32,000 nucleotides of DNA from Dickeya dadantii NCPPB 898. GTDB taxonomy: Bacteria > Pseudomonadota > Gammaproteobacteria > Enterobacterales > Enterobacteriaceae. The notes below the pieces were generated by a model that did no database searches, was not told where the DNA came from, and saw nothing but the letters and a program-made list of their open reading frames with translations. Positions within the stretch are counted from its first letter, which is position 1; each line of letters opens with the position of its first letter. This document shows, piece after piece, positions 1 to 8,988 of the stretch. A program made the position numbers and the translations under genes. The DNA is taken from the NCBI RefSeq assembly GCF_000406145.1, contig NZ_CM001976.1, positions 807,260-839,259 of the forward strand, in the 5' to 3' direction.

Positions 1-514
1 CATCGTGAAGTGTCTGGTGTTTTTCCATCCGGAAGACGACAGCCCGTTGCGGCTGGCGCAGGAACGGCAGGTGACCGAGGTCTATCGCGCCTGCTGCCAG
101 TCCGGCCATGAACTGCTGCTGGAGGTGATTCTCCCGGCCGATATGCCGCGCAGCGACGATCTGTATCTGCGGGCGATCCAGCGTTTCTACAATCTTGGCA
201 TCCGACCGGACTGGTGGAAACTGCCGCCGTTGTCCGCCGACGGCTGGCAGCGGCTGGAACATCTGCTGGCCGAGCGCGATCCCTATTGTCGCGGCGTGGT
301 GATCCTCGGGTTGGACGCGCCGATCGAGACATTACGGCAGGGGTTCAACGCCGCCGCCGGTCAATCGGTGGTGAAAGGGTTTGCGGTGGGGCGCACGCTG
401 TTTGCGCAGCCGGCGCAGCAGTGGCTGCGCGGCGACATCAACGACGAACGGTTGATCGCCGACGTCAAAAATAACTACCTGCAACTGATCGCCCTGTGGC
501 GTCAGCGCGGTTAA
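1..514 (+). CDS. iolC: C-terminal part of bifunctional 5-dehydro-2-deoxygluconokinase / DUF2090-type aldolase-like domain protein (IolC). The 5' end is outside the window.
   Basis: The ORF is open at the left edge and stops at 512-514. The sequence (…LLLEVILP…IRPDWWKLPP…VKGFAVGRTLF…) resembles the C-domain of enterobacterial IolC. It is immediately followed by iolE and iolB. Confidence 0.7.
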   Translation, partial: IVKCLVFFHPEDDSPLRLAQERQVTEVYRACCQSGHELLLEVILPADMPRSDDLYLRAIQRFYNLGIRPDWWKLPPLSADGWQRLEHLLAERDPYCRGVVILGLDAPIETLRQGFNAAAGQSVVKGFAVGRTLFAQPAQQWLRGDINDERLIADVKNNYLQLIALWRQRG

Positions 515-540
515 ATCCATTTAATGAGAGGGAATCGAGA

Positions 541-1431
541 ATGACTGTTCAACTGGGTATCAATCCGCTGACCTGGACCAATGACGACCTGCCCTCGCTG
601 GGCGCGGAAACCCCGCTGGAAACCTGCCTGAGCGAAGGGCGTCAGGCCGGTTTCGCCGGGTTTGAACTGGGCAACAAGTTCCCGCGCCAGTCCGGCGTGC
701 TGGGGCCGATTCTGAAAAAACACGGGCTGAGTCTGGTTTCCGGCTGGTATTCCGGCCAGTTGCTGACTCGTTCGGTCAAAGAGGAAATCGCCGCGGTGCA
801 GGATCACCTCAATCTGTTGCGTGAGCTGGGCGCCACCGTGCTGGTGTTCGCCGAGGTCACCGGAGCCATTCACGGCGAGCAGGGCACGCCGGTGCATTTG
901 CGCCCGCGTTTCCCGGCGGCGCGCTGGCAGGAGTATGGCGATAAGCTCAGCGAATTCGCCCGCTATACCGAGCAGCAGGGGGTGCAAATCGCCTATCACC
1001 ACCATATGGGCACGGTGATTGAAACCGCCGACGACGTAGACCAACTGATGACCCACACCGGGCCGGAAGTGGGCCTGCTGCTGGATACCGGTCATCTTAC
1101 CTTTGCCGGCGCCGACCCGCTGGCGGTGGCGCAGCGCTGGGCGCAACGCATCAACCATGTGCATTGCAAAGACATTCGCTCCGAGGTGCTGAAAGAGGTG
1201 AAGAACCGCAAGTCCAGCTTCCTTGATGCGGTGCTGAGCGGCGTGTTCACCGTGCCGGGCGACGGCTGCGTCGATTACCCGTCGCTGTTCCGGCTGCTTA
1301 AAACCCATGATTATCAGGGCTGGCTGGTGGTGGAAGCCGAACAGGACCCGGCGGTGGCGCATCCGCTGACTTATGCCACTATGGGGTTTAACAATCTGCA
1401 GCGGTTTGCCCGCGATGCGGGTCTGATCTAA
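541..1431 (+). CDS. iolE: myo-inosose-2 dehydratase (xylose-isomerase-like TIM barrel)
   Basis: ATG at 541 is preceded by GAGGGA. The N-terminus MTVQLGINPLTWTNDDLPSLG is typical of IolE. It sits between iolC and iolB. Confidence 0.85.
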   Translation: MTVQLGINPLTWTNDDLPSLGAETPLETCLSEGRQAGFAGFELGNKFPRQSGVLGPILKKHGLSLVSGWYSGQLLTRSVKEEIAAVQDHLNLLRELGATVLVFAEVTGAIHGEQGTPVHLRPRFPAARWQEYGDKLSEFARYTEQQGVQIAYHHHMGTVIETADDVDQLMTHTGPEVGLLLDTGHLTFAGADPLAVAQRWAQRINHVHCKDIRSEVLKEVKNRKSSFLDAVLSGVFTVPGDGCVDYPSLFRLLKTHDYQGWLVVEAEQDPAVAHPLTYATMGFNNLQRFARDAGLI

Positions 1432-1455
1432 CTGTTGCAGGCAGGGAGGTGGGCG

Positions 1456-2283
1456 ATGTCTGAATTACTGTCCCGTTATCATGCGCCGGATGAGCAGGGC
1501 CGCATCCAGCAGATTACCCCGGCTCGCGCGGGCTGGCGTCATGTTGGGTTTGAGGTTTACCAGTTGTCGACCGGCGCGACGCTGGTGCTGCCGGCGGTGG
1601 CTGAGGAGCGCTGTCTGGTGTTGGTGGGCGGCCGGGCGACGGTGGCGACGCCGCAGGCGCGGTTTGAGCATATCGGCGATCGCATGAACCCGTTCGAGCG
1701 CAAGAAGCCCTGGGCGGTGTACGTTTCGCCGGGGGAAACGGTGACCATCACCGCCGATACGCCGCTGGAACTGGCGGTTTGCGCCGCGCCGGGGTGGAGC
1801 AACTATCCCACCCGGTTGATCGCCCCGCCGGACATCGGCGCGGAAGCGCGAGGCGTCGGGCGCAACCGGCGCTTCGTGCACAATATCCTGCCGGAGGACA
1901 AGGTGGCGGACAGCCTGCTGGTGGTGGAGGTCTACACCGACGAAGGTTGCACCAGTTCTTACCCCAGCCACAAGCACGACGTGGACAACCCGCCGCAGGA
2001 AACGTATCTGGAAGAAACCTACTATCACCGGCTCAACCCGCCGCAGGGGTTCTGCCTGCAACGGGTTTACACCGAGGATCGCGCGCTGGACGAGTGCATG
2101 GCGGTGTACGACCGGGACGTGGTGATGGTGCCGCGCGGTTATCATCCGGTGGCGACGCTGGCGGGGTACGACAGCTACTACCTCAACGTGATGGCTGGGC
2201 CGGTGCGCCAGTGGCGTTTTAGCTGGGAGCAGGACCACCAGTGGGTGAACAGCGCGGAATATGCCGTGCGGCATAGTGGATAG
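1456..2283 (+). CDS. iolB: 5-deoxy-glucuronate isomerase
   Basis: ATG at 1456 follows GGGAGGTGGG. The product is a cupin-like IolB sequence of about 275 aa, in iol operon context. Confidence 0.85.
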   Translation: MSELLSRYHAPDEQGRIQQITPARAGWRHVGFEVYQLSTGATLVLPAVAEERCLVLVGGRATVATPQARFEHIGDRMNPFERKKPWAVYVSPGETVTITADTPLELAVCAAPGWSNYPTRLIAPPDIGAEARGVGRNRRFVHNILPEDKVADSLLVVEVYTDEGCTSSYPSHKHDVDNPPQETYLEETYYHRLNPPQGFCLQRVYTEDRALDECMAVYDRDVVMVPRGYHPVATLAGYDSYYLNVMAGPVRQWRFSWEQDHQWVNSAEYAVRHSG

Positions 2284-2616
2284 AGCGACGGATGAGACTT
2301 GTTGTGCAAACGTCTTGAATTCAAGGTGAGAGGTTTTTCCGGCGTCAAAAACTGTGCTGAGGTGGGCGACTTCGCCGGATGCGCGGCAGGGAAGCCGCGC
2401 AAGCTCGTGCCGCGTTTGGAACGCGTCACGAGCGGTCCGAACAGCGAAGGCGAACGCCGAAGGAACCGCGCAGCGGCACAGTTTAGCCCCTAGCCAGTGG
2501 TCAAGGAGAGGCGGCGTTTGAGCCTCTCCTTGTCGTGCGTGCGGTGACGTTGCAAAGGGACAACGGACGTTATCACGCACGAAACTTTTCCACTGTCCTG
2601 ACATAAATTTGCCAGT

Positions 2617-2647
2617 AATAAAACAACCCGGCTGTTGTTCAACAGCC
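2617..2647 (-). terminator. Putative intrinsic terminator of mltB
   Basis: On the minus strand GGCTGT..ACAGCC forms a hairpin followed by GGGTTGTTTTATT. It begins 10 nt after the mltB stop. Confidence 0.5.
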
Positions 2648-2656
2648 AGTCCAGAT

Positions 2657-3760
2657 TTAATACCCCATTCTCGCTTTTCTGACTTCTTCCCCCAACTGCC
2701 ATACCGCCATCGCGTAATGCACGCTGTTGTTGTAGCGGGTGATGGCGTAGAAGTTCGACAGGCCGTACCAGAACTGGTAGTAGCTGCCCATGTCGAGGCG
2801 CAGCAGGCTGGCTTCCTGCACAGCGCCTAATGAGGCGGTCGGGCGTAGCCCGGCGGCCGCCAGCGTCGACAGCGAATAGCGGGTCTTGAAGCCGGTTTCC
2901 AGCGCGAAGGTCTGGCCGCTGGCGGTCACCGCCACCTGTCCGCCAGGCTGCCAGCCGTTTGATTTGAAGTAGTTAGCGACGCTGCCGATGGCGTCTACCG
3001 GGTCCCACAGATTGGGAATGCCGTCGCCGTTGAAATCCACCGCGTATTTCTTGAATGCGGACGGCATGAACTGGCCGTAGCCCATCGCGCCGGCAAAGGA
3101 GCCGCGCAGCGACAGCGGGTCAAAACCGTCTTCCCGCGCCATCAGCAGAAAATACTCCAGCTCGCTTTGGAAGTACGCGGCGCGGCGTGGGTAGGCGAAG
3201 GCCAGCGTCGCCAGCGCATCCAGAATGCGGGTTTTGCCCATCACCCGGCCCCAGCGGGTTTCCACCCCGATAATACCGACGATGATCTCCGGCGGTACGC
3301 CGTAGACCTGCTGGGCGCGATCCAGCGCGTCCTGATACTGGTTCCAGAACGCCACGCCGTTCTGCACGTTATCCGGGGTGATGAACTGTTTGCGATAGCG
3401 CAACCAGGCGCCATTGGGAATGTTGGAAGGGGTTGCCGTTGACGGCGACGGCGCCTGTTTGTCCATCAGCCGGATCACCCAGTCCAGCCGCTGCGCCTGT
3501 GCCAGCACATCGTGCAGTTGCTGGCGTTCGAAGCCATACTGCCGCGCCATTTTGTCGACGAAACGGTCCACATCCGGGCTGTTGGCGAAATCGCCGCTGG
3601 TCAGCAGACCGCCGGCGTGAGCGGGGGATAACAAAAAGCCGCCGGATGGAGCGTTGGCGGCGGGCGTACCGATAATTTCAGCCCCGGCGGGCTCAGCGGA
3701 TTTATTGCTGCAGGCGGACAGCGCCAGCAACAGCGGAAAAACAGCAACCAGGCGACGCAT
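2657..3760 (-). CDS. mltB: Membrane-bound lytic murein transglycosylase B (lipoprotein)
   Basis: Start was chosen at the ATG at 3760, giving MRRLVAVFPLLLALSAC with a lipobox. MltB-like motifs are present: GxMGYGQFMPSAFKKYAVDFNGDG. Confidence 0.85.
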   Translation of the reverse strand: MRRLVAVFPLLLALSACSNKSAEPAGAEIIGTPAANAPSGGFLLSPAHAGGLLTSGDFANSPDVDRFVDKMARQYGFERQQLHDVLAQAQRLDWVIRLMDKQAPSPSTATPSNIPNGAWLRYRKQFITPDNVQNGVAFWNQYQDALDRAQQVYGVPPEIIVGIIGVETRWGRVMGKTRILDALATLAFAYPRRAAYFQSELEYFLLMAREDGFDPLSLRGSFAGAMGYGQFMPSAFKKYAVDFNGDGIPNLWDPVDAIGSVANYFKSNGWQPGGQVAVTASGQTFALETGFKTRYSLSTLAAAGLRPTASLGAVQEASLLRLDMGSYYQFWYGLSNFYAITRYNNSVHYAMAVWQLGEEVRKARMGY

Positions 3761-3862
3761 CAGATATCCATATAATTTGGTCAAAAACAACGTGGCGGCC
3801 ATGGTAGCGCAACGTCCATAGGGAAAAAACCGAATTGTGGGTCCGATTGACGGCATCGGCGA

Positions 3863-4786
3863 TTATGCATCCGGCTGCTGTTCCTGCTCCATAATCCGAA
3901 TCAGGTGGTCGGTAAACGCGGAAACCGCTTTCGGCAGCGTGCGGCCTGCCAGCGTGTTCAGTTCGATGTTGAGTCCGTTTAGGTCCTGACCGGTAATCGG
4001 CACCGCCACCATATCGTGATCCTTCAGGTATTGCCGCACCACCAGCTCGGTGGAGATGACCACGCCGTCGCAGTAACGGGCGAACGCCAGCAGGGCGCTG
4101 ATGGAGGTGGTTTCAAACGCCGGATCGATCAGCAATCCCTGACGGCTGCAGCAGGCGTCGAATAGCCGCCGGGTCAGGATGTGGCGAACCGGCACGCCAA
4201 GCGGATAACCCGCCAGTTGCGACAGGCGCAGGCTCGATTTCTCCGCCAGCGGATGGTGGCGCTGCATCACCGCCACCAGCGGCGAATGCAGCCGGTAGGC
4301 GACATGAATGTTGGCGGTTGGTATCTGACTGAACGTCAGCCCGATGTCGCTTTCGCCCTCATTCAGCCGGCGCGCCACTTCTTCGGCCGTCGCCACCAGT
4401 AGCTGAAAGCGAATATAGGGGTAATGCCGGCGAAACGAGGCGATCGCCATCGGAATAAAATCCAGGCTAAATCCCGCCGTGGACACAATGCGTACGTCAC
4501 CGCGGCGCAAACCCTGCAACTCCCGAATTTCCTGCGTCACTTGCTCGGTTTCCAACTGATTGCGAAAGGCGTAGGCCGCCAGCAGTTCTCCGGCGGCGGT
4601 GGGGATCATACCGCTTTTCCGCCGCTCAAACAGCGTGGTGTTGAGCCGGTCTTCCAGCCCGCTGACCTGGCGGCTGATGGCGGAGCCGGCCACGTTGAGC
4701 CGCAAGGCGGCTTCACTGATGGAACCACAACGCACCACTTCCAGAAAATAGCGCAGGGCGGTGTCCTGCAGATAACGTGCGGTCAT
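3863..4786 (-). CDS. LysR-family transcriptional regulator
   Basis: N-terminal wHTH (LRYFLEVVRCGSISEAALRLNVAGSAISRQV) and a length of about 300 aa. It is divergent from the MFS gene. A TTGCC-N5-GGCAA dyad lies at 4810-4824 in the shared intergenic region. Confidence 0.9.
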   Translation of the reverse strand: MTARYLQDTALRYFLEVVRCGSISEAALRLNVAGSAISRQVSGLEDRLNTTLFERRKSGMIPTAAGELLAAYAFRNQLETEQVTQEIRELQGLRRGDVRIVSTAGFSLDFIPMAIASFRRHYPYIRFQLLVATAEEVARRLNEGESDIGLTFSQIPTANIHVAYRLHSPLVAVMQRHHPLAEKSSLRLSQLAGYPLGVPVRHILTRRLFDACCSRQGLLIDPAFETTSISALLAFARYCDGVVISTELVVRQYLKDHDMVAVPITGQDLNGLNIELNTLAGRTLPKAVSAFTDHLIRIMEQEQQPDA

Positions 4787-4966
4787 GCGATTCCCTCAAT
4801 GATTGAAGTTTGCCATTTCGGCAATGAGGTGGTGAAAAAGTTGAAATAGCAGTATGGATGGCGGGTGTTTAGTATGCAATCAGGAGGTGTTATCGGCACA
4901 GGAAAAGGTGTCGCAGAACGTACTGGCTTCAGACAATGAACACATCACACAGAGGACTCGGGGCAG

Positions 4967-6182
4967 ATGGGGTATTACACGAGAAAAAAATCATATTGGG
5001 TGCTGTTCCTGCTTTATATCGGCTGGTGCGTGGCTTTTATCGATCGCGTGGTGCTGAGTATGGGCTCGACTCAGATGGCGAAAGAGCTGTCGCTGTCGCC
5101 CAGCGAGGTTGGGCTGGTGCTGAGCGCGTTTTATTTTTGGCTTCTGGTTGATGCAGTTGCCCGGCGGCTGGCTGGCGGACCGCTTTGGCGCCAGGGTGGT
5201 GGTGGCGATGGCGATAGCCATGTGGTCGCTGTTTACGTTCCTGACCGGTATCGCCTGGTCGTTGACGGCGTTACTGGTGATTCGTTTTCTGTTCGGGTTG
5301 GGGGAAGGCGCCTACCCTTCCGCTTCCGTCAAGAATGCGGCGGAGCAGTTCCCGCCGAGTGATAAACCGCGCATGACCTCGCTGCTGATGTCTTCCAACT
5401 ATGTGGGCAGCATGATTGCGCCGTTGCTGATCGCGCCGCTGATTCTGGCGTTGGGCTGGCGTCATGCGTTCATGGTGATTGGTCTGTTCGGTATCGCCTT
5501 CGTGCTGGTCTATACCCTGACCGTCAGCGCCAGGCCGGCATGGGTGTCCGATGAACCGGAGCGCCTGAGCGGTGCGGAGTGGCGCGACGTGATGAAAAAT
5601 CCGCTGTTATGGCGGCTGGCGGCGGTCTGGTTCGGCCTGAGTTTGATCAACAAGGGGCTGGACTCCTGGATGCCGATTTACCTGATGACCGAACGCCATC
5701 TGGACCTGAAAGCGGTGGGGGTACTGTTGCCAATTCCCTACGTGATGGCCGGGGTGGCGACCGCCTGCGGCGGCTGGGTGATGACCCGTTTCTTTGATGG
5801 CCGCGAGCGGCTGATGCTGATGGGATGCGCTTTGCTGACCGCCCTGTTCCTGTATCTGATGTACAGCGCGTCGACCGTTACCGCCGTGGTGATAGCGCAG
5901 TCCTGCGCCTACTTTTTCAAATCGTTCGTGCTGGCGATCGCCGTGGCGCTGCCGACCAAGGTACTGGCTTCGCGCATGGTGGGGTCCGGCATCGGGGTGA
6001 TCAACGTTGGCGGTCAGGCGGCCGGGTTTATCGCGCCGCTGGTCATTGGCGCGATGGTGGAGTATTTCGGCTATCCCTCGGCGTTTTTGTTTCTCATGGC
6101 GGCAGCCGCGTTCTCGGCGGTGGTGAGCCTGACTATTCATACGCGCCCGTCGGCGAAAACCGACATGGCAGCGCAGGTTTGA
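4967..6182 (+). pseudogene. MFS transporter (anion:cation symporter-like) with a reading-frame break in a T-run near 5129-5138
   Basis: Frame 1 (4967…) encodes the first TM region up to …LVLSAFYFW. The rest (FGFWLMQLPGGWLADRFGAR… to 6182) is in the +1 frame, which has a TGA at 5121. The two parts join only if one base is added or removed in gcgTTTTaTTTTTgg. Confidence 0.7.
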
Positions 6183-6209
6183 CGTTAAACGTGTTGTGAA
6201 GGACAGAGG

Positions 6210-7322
6210 ATGAAAATAGACAAAATTGTATTGCGTCAGATGAAAATGACGCTGAAAACCCCGTTTACCACCAGCTTTGCCACCCAGACGGAAAAGTACT
6301 TCACCGTAGTGGAAGCGCATAGCGGCGATGTGGTGGGCTACGGCGACTGTTCGGCGATTTCACTACCGTTTTACAACGAGGAAACCAACGTTACCGCCTG
6401 GCACATCATGCGCGATTTTCTGGTGCCGATGTTGCGTCAGGTCGGCGAGATTCGCCATCCTTCCGAGGTGCGCGACATTTTTGCGCCGGTACGCCGCAAC
6501 AATTGCGCCAAGGCGGCGGTGGAGGGCGCGATATGGGACGCCTACACCAGGCAAAAACAGACGCCGCTGTGGCGTGAACTGGGCGGCGTGCGCGATCGGG
6601 TCGAAGCGGGTGTGAGCATCGGTATTCAGCCGACGCCGGCGGATTTGGTGCGTGTGGTGGCGGGCTACCGGGAAGAAGGCTATCGCCGTATCAAGATTAA
6701 GATCAAACCGGGTAAGGATCTGGCCTATATTCAGGCGCTGCGCAGTGGATTCGGCGACATTACCCTGATGGTGGACGCCAACTCCGCCTACTCGCTGGAC
6801 GATATTCCGCTGTTCCGTGAGTTCGACAAATACAACCTGCTGATGATCGAACAACCGCTGGCGCACGACGATATCGTCGATCACCGCAAGTTACAGGCGG
6901 CGATTGAGACGCCGATCTGCCTGGATGAGAGCATTGCTTCGGTGGACGATGCCCGCAAAGCCATTGAGCTGGGCAGCGGCCGCATCATCAATATCAAGGT
7001 GGCGCGGGTGGGCGGCATCACCGAAACCAAACTGATCCACGATTTCTGTCAGGATGCCGGCGTTCCGGTATGGTGTGGCGGCATGCTGGATACCGCGGTG
7101 GGTAAGGCGCACAACATTGCGGTCGCGACGCTGCCCAATTTCCTGCTGGCGCATGACATTCCGCCGTCATCACGCTACTGGGCGCAGGACTTCATGCTGC
7201 CGGAAGTGACGCTGGATCAGGACAGCATGGTGGCGGTGCCGGATAAGCCGGGCATCGGCTTTGAGATCAATCCGGAACTTTATGCTCGTTATTGCTACGG
7301 TGAGGAAACCATCCACTTTTAA
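6210..7322 (+). CDS. Enolase-superfamily enzyme, o-succinylbenzoate synthase / N-succinylamino-acid racemase-like
   Basis: 370 aa. Motifs are IKIKIKPG (KxK), MVDANSAY, MIEQPL, CLDES and NIKVARVGG. ATG at 6210 follows GGACAGAGG. Confidence 0.8.
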   Translation: MKIDKIVLRQMKMTLKTPFTTSFATQTEKYFTVVEAHSGDVVGYGDCSAISLPFYNEETNVTAWHIMRDFLVPMLRQVGEIRHPSEVRDIFAPVRRNNCAKAAVEGAIWDAYTRQKQTPLWRELGGVRDRVEAGVSIGIQPTPADLVRVVAGYREEGYRRIKIKIKPGKDLAYIQALRSGFGDITLMVDANSAYSLDDIPLFREFDKYNLLMIEQPLAHDDIVDHRKLQAAIETPICLDESIASVDDARKAIELGSGRIINIKVARVGGITETKLIHDFCQDAGVPVWCGGMLDTAVGKAHNIAVATLPNFLLAHDIPPSSRYWAQDFMLPEVTLDQDSMVAVPDKPGIGFEINPELYARYCYGEETIHF

Positions 7323-7470
7323 TTACCGGGGAAAGCGGCTGCGGCCGCTCGCTACCGCGCTACAGTCGCCAATAACTGCGCCACCGTCGCCAATAGCGAT
7401 GTTCCGATTGCCGGCGTCGGATAACGGCAGGCGATGCGTTCGTCCGAATGTGGTGAAAAACCTTCTGGAA

Positions 7471-7492
7471 TATTGTGATGTTTATCACGAAA
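7471..7492. promoter_or_regulatory. Candidate CRP-binding site upstream of the Gate-domain permease gene
   Basis: TGTGA-TGTTTA-TCACG matches TGTGA-N6-TCACA at 9 of 10 core positions. It lies about 85 nt upstream of the ATG at 7569. Confidence 0.4.
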
Positions 7493-7568
7493 ATATCCGG
7501 ACTGAGAGCCCGGTATGCGCCCGTTTACGGCACATACCGGGACAGATTCACCCGTGCAGGGACATTAC

Positions 7569-8501
7569 ATGAACGTGATTGGAATCATCATGTCATCGGG
7601 GAAAGCCTCCGTTGACGTTGCGCTGTATACACTGTTGCCGATTATGGTCGTGATGCTGGTCATCATGCGTTTTCTGGAAGTGAAAGGCGTTGTCGATGCG
7701 CTGGTTCGGTGGATGGCGCCGATTCTTAAGCCCTTCGGGCTAACCGGTATGAGCACCTTTGCGCTGATTCAGCTCAACTTTGTCAGTTTTGCCGCGCCGC
7801 TGGCGACGCTGTCGATAATGGATAAGCGCGGCGTGTCCGATCGCCATATGGCGGCAACGCTGGCGATGGTGTTCGCGATGGGGCAGGGCAACGTATTTTA
7901 TCCGCTGACGCCGTTTGGCCTGCACTGGGCGGCGGCCATCGTAATATCGATTATCGGCGGGCTGGCGGCGGCCGCGCTGACCTACCATGTGCTGGGGCGC
8001 AAATTATCCGCCGTGGAAGGCGGGCGTTCCGGCGACGTTCCGGCCGAAGAGCCGGCGGCCAGAGGCGTTATCGGCATCATTAATAGCGCGGGGGCGGATG
8101 CCATCAGACTGGCGCTCGGATCGGTGCCGATGCTGATTCTCTCTATGACGATTGTCGGCATACTGGAATCCGCCGGCGCGGTGACGGCGCTTGAGCGCTT
8201 TTTCTCGCCGCTGCTGGCGTCGGCCAATATTTCTCCTGTTTTCGTGATGCCGACGCTGGTGAAATGTCTGGCGGGCGGCACCGCTTATTTTGGCGTGATG
8301 TCAGATCTGATTCAGCAGGGAAAAATGACCGCCAGTCAGATCAATGCTTCCGCCGGTCTGTTGATACAGACCTTTGATTTACCGGGCATCGGCATTTTTC
8401 TGGGGGTTGGTTCCCGCTTCACCCGCCTGTTCCGCTACGCCGCGCTCGGGGCTGTGTTCGGCATTCTGGTCAGAACCCTGTTGCACGTGGCGGTGTTTTA
8501 G
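7569..8501 (+). CDS. Nucleoside-recognition (Gate) domain membrane protein / putative permease
   Basis: Start was chosen at the ATG at 7569 (MNVIGIIMSSGKASVDVALYTLLPIMVVML…). The product is polytopic and hydrophobic, SpmA/SpmB-like. Assignment is by resemblance only. Confidence 0.65.
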   Translation: MNVIGIIMSSGKASVDVALYTLLPIMVVMLVIMRFLEVKGVVDALVRWMAPILKPFGLTGMSTFALIQLNFVSFAAPLATLSIMDKRGVSDRHMAATLAMVFAMGQGNVFYPLTPFGLHWAAAIVISIIGGLAAAALTYHVLGRKLSAVEGGRSGDVPAEEPAARGVIGIINSAGADAIRLALGSVPMLILSMTIVGILESAGAVTALERFFSPLLASANISPVFVMPTLVKCLAGGTAYFGVMSDLIQQGKMTASQINASAGLLIQTFDLPGIGIFLGVGSRFTRLFRYAALGAVFGILVRTLLHVAVF

Positions 8502-8553
8502 GCGGCGTCGCGCATCATTGCGGGACACCGTCTGGGATCAGGTGACGGTAGTA

Positions 8554-8824
8554 TCAGGTAATGGTGTTCCCGCACTGACCGCAAAACTTCGCGCCAGCCT
8601 GTACCGAGGTGCCGCATTGCGGGCAAGCTGCCGGCACGAGCGATGAGCCACATTGCTGGCAGAAACGCGCGGTGGCGGCATTGAGCGACCGGCAATTCGG
8701 ACAACTCATCCCCGCGTTGTTCCCGGTTGGGTAACGGTCATGAGAATCACGATGGCCGTTGCCGTGATGATATCCGTGATGCCCCTCCGTGATGACCGCC
8801 AAATAATTTGTCAAAAATACCCAT
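8554..8824 (-). pseudogene. His/Gly-rich double zinc-ribbon protein with its frame broken at a G4 run. The 51-aa zinc-ribbon ORF 8554..8709 stays intact with its own ATG.
   Basis: GGAGA-N7-ATG at 8824 opens MGIFDKLFGGHHGG, then hits a stop at 8747. In the next frame the text continues HHGYHHGNGHRDSHDRYPTGNNAG-MSCPNCRS…CQQCG…CPQCG…CGQCGNTIT. The junction is the run at 8782-8785. Confidence 0.5.
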
Positions 8825-8916
8825 AGATATTTCTCCGCGCACTGTTGGAATTTGCCAGACGACCGACGCTGTGGATAAGCGCCACCCGTTGTATGCGGCT
8901 TATTCAACACCCTGTA

Positions 8917-8988
8917 GTTACTATAGGGTCAAGCGTTACTATAGGGTCAAGAGTTATTACAGGGGCAAGAGTTACTACAGGGTCAAGC
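8917..8988. repeat. Four tandem 18-bp direct repeats (GTTACTAYAGGGTCAAGM)
   Basis: Units lie at 8917-8934, 8935-8952, 8953-8970 and 8971-8988. Units 1 and 2 differ at 1 nt and unit 3 is the most diverged. There are no spacers, so this is not CRISPR. Confidence 0.9.

Noticed and set aside
1465-2604. 379-aa ORF antisense to iolB, together with similar long antisense ORFs at 511-1362, 5607-6320, 6363-6884, 15874-16611, 16879-17826 and 18016-18753
   Set aside because: These are typical high-GC antisense artefacts. Their translations are Arg/His/Gln-rich and low in complexity, and each lies opposite a well-supported gene with recognisable motifs.
8917-8988. Possible CRISPR array
   Set aside because: The repeats are directly abutting with no spacers, there are only four units, and there are no cas genes.
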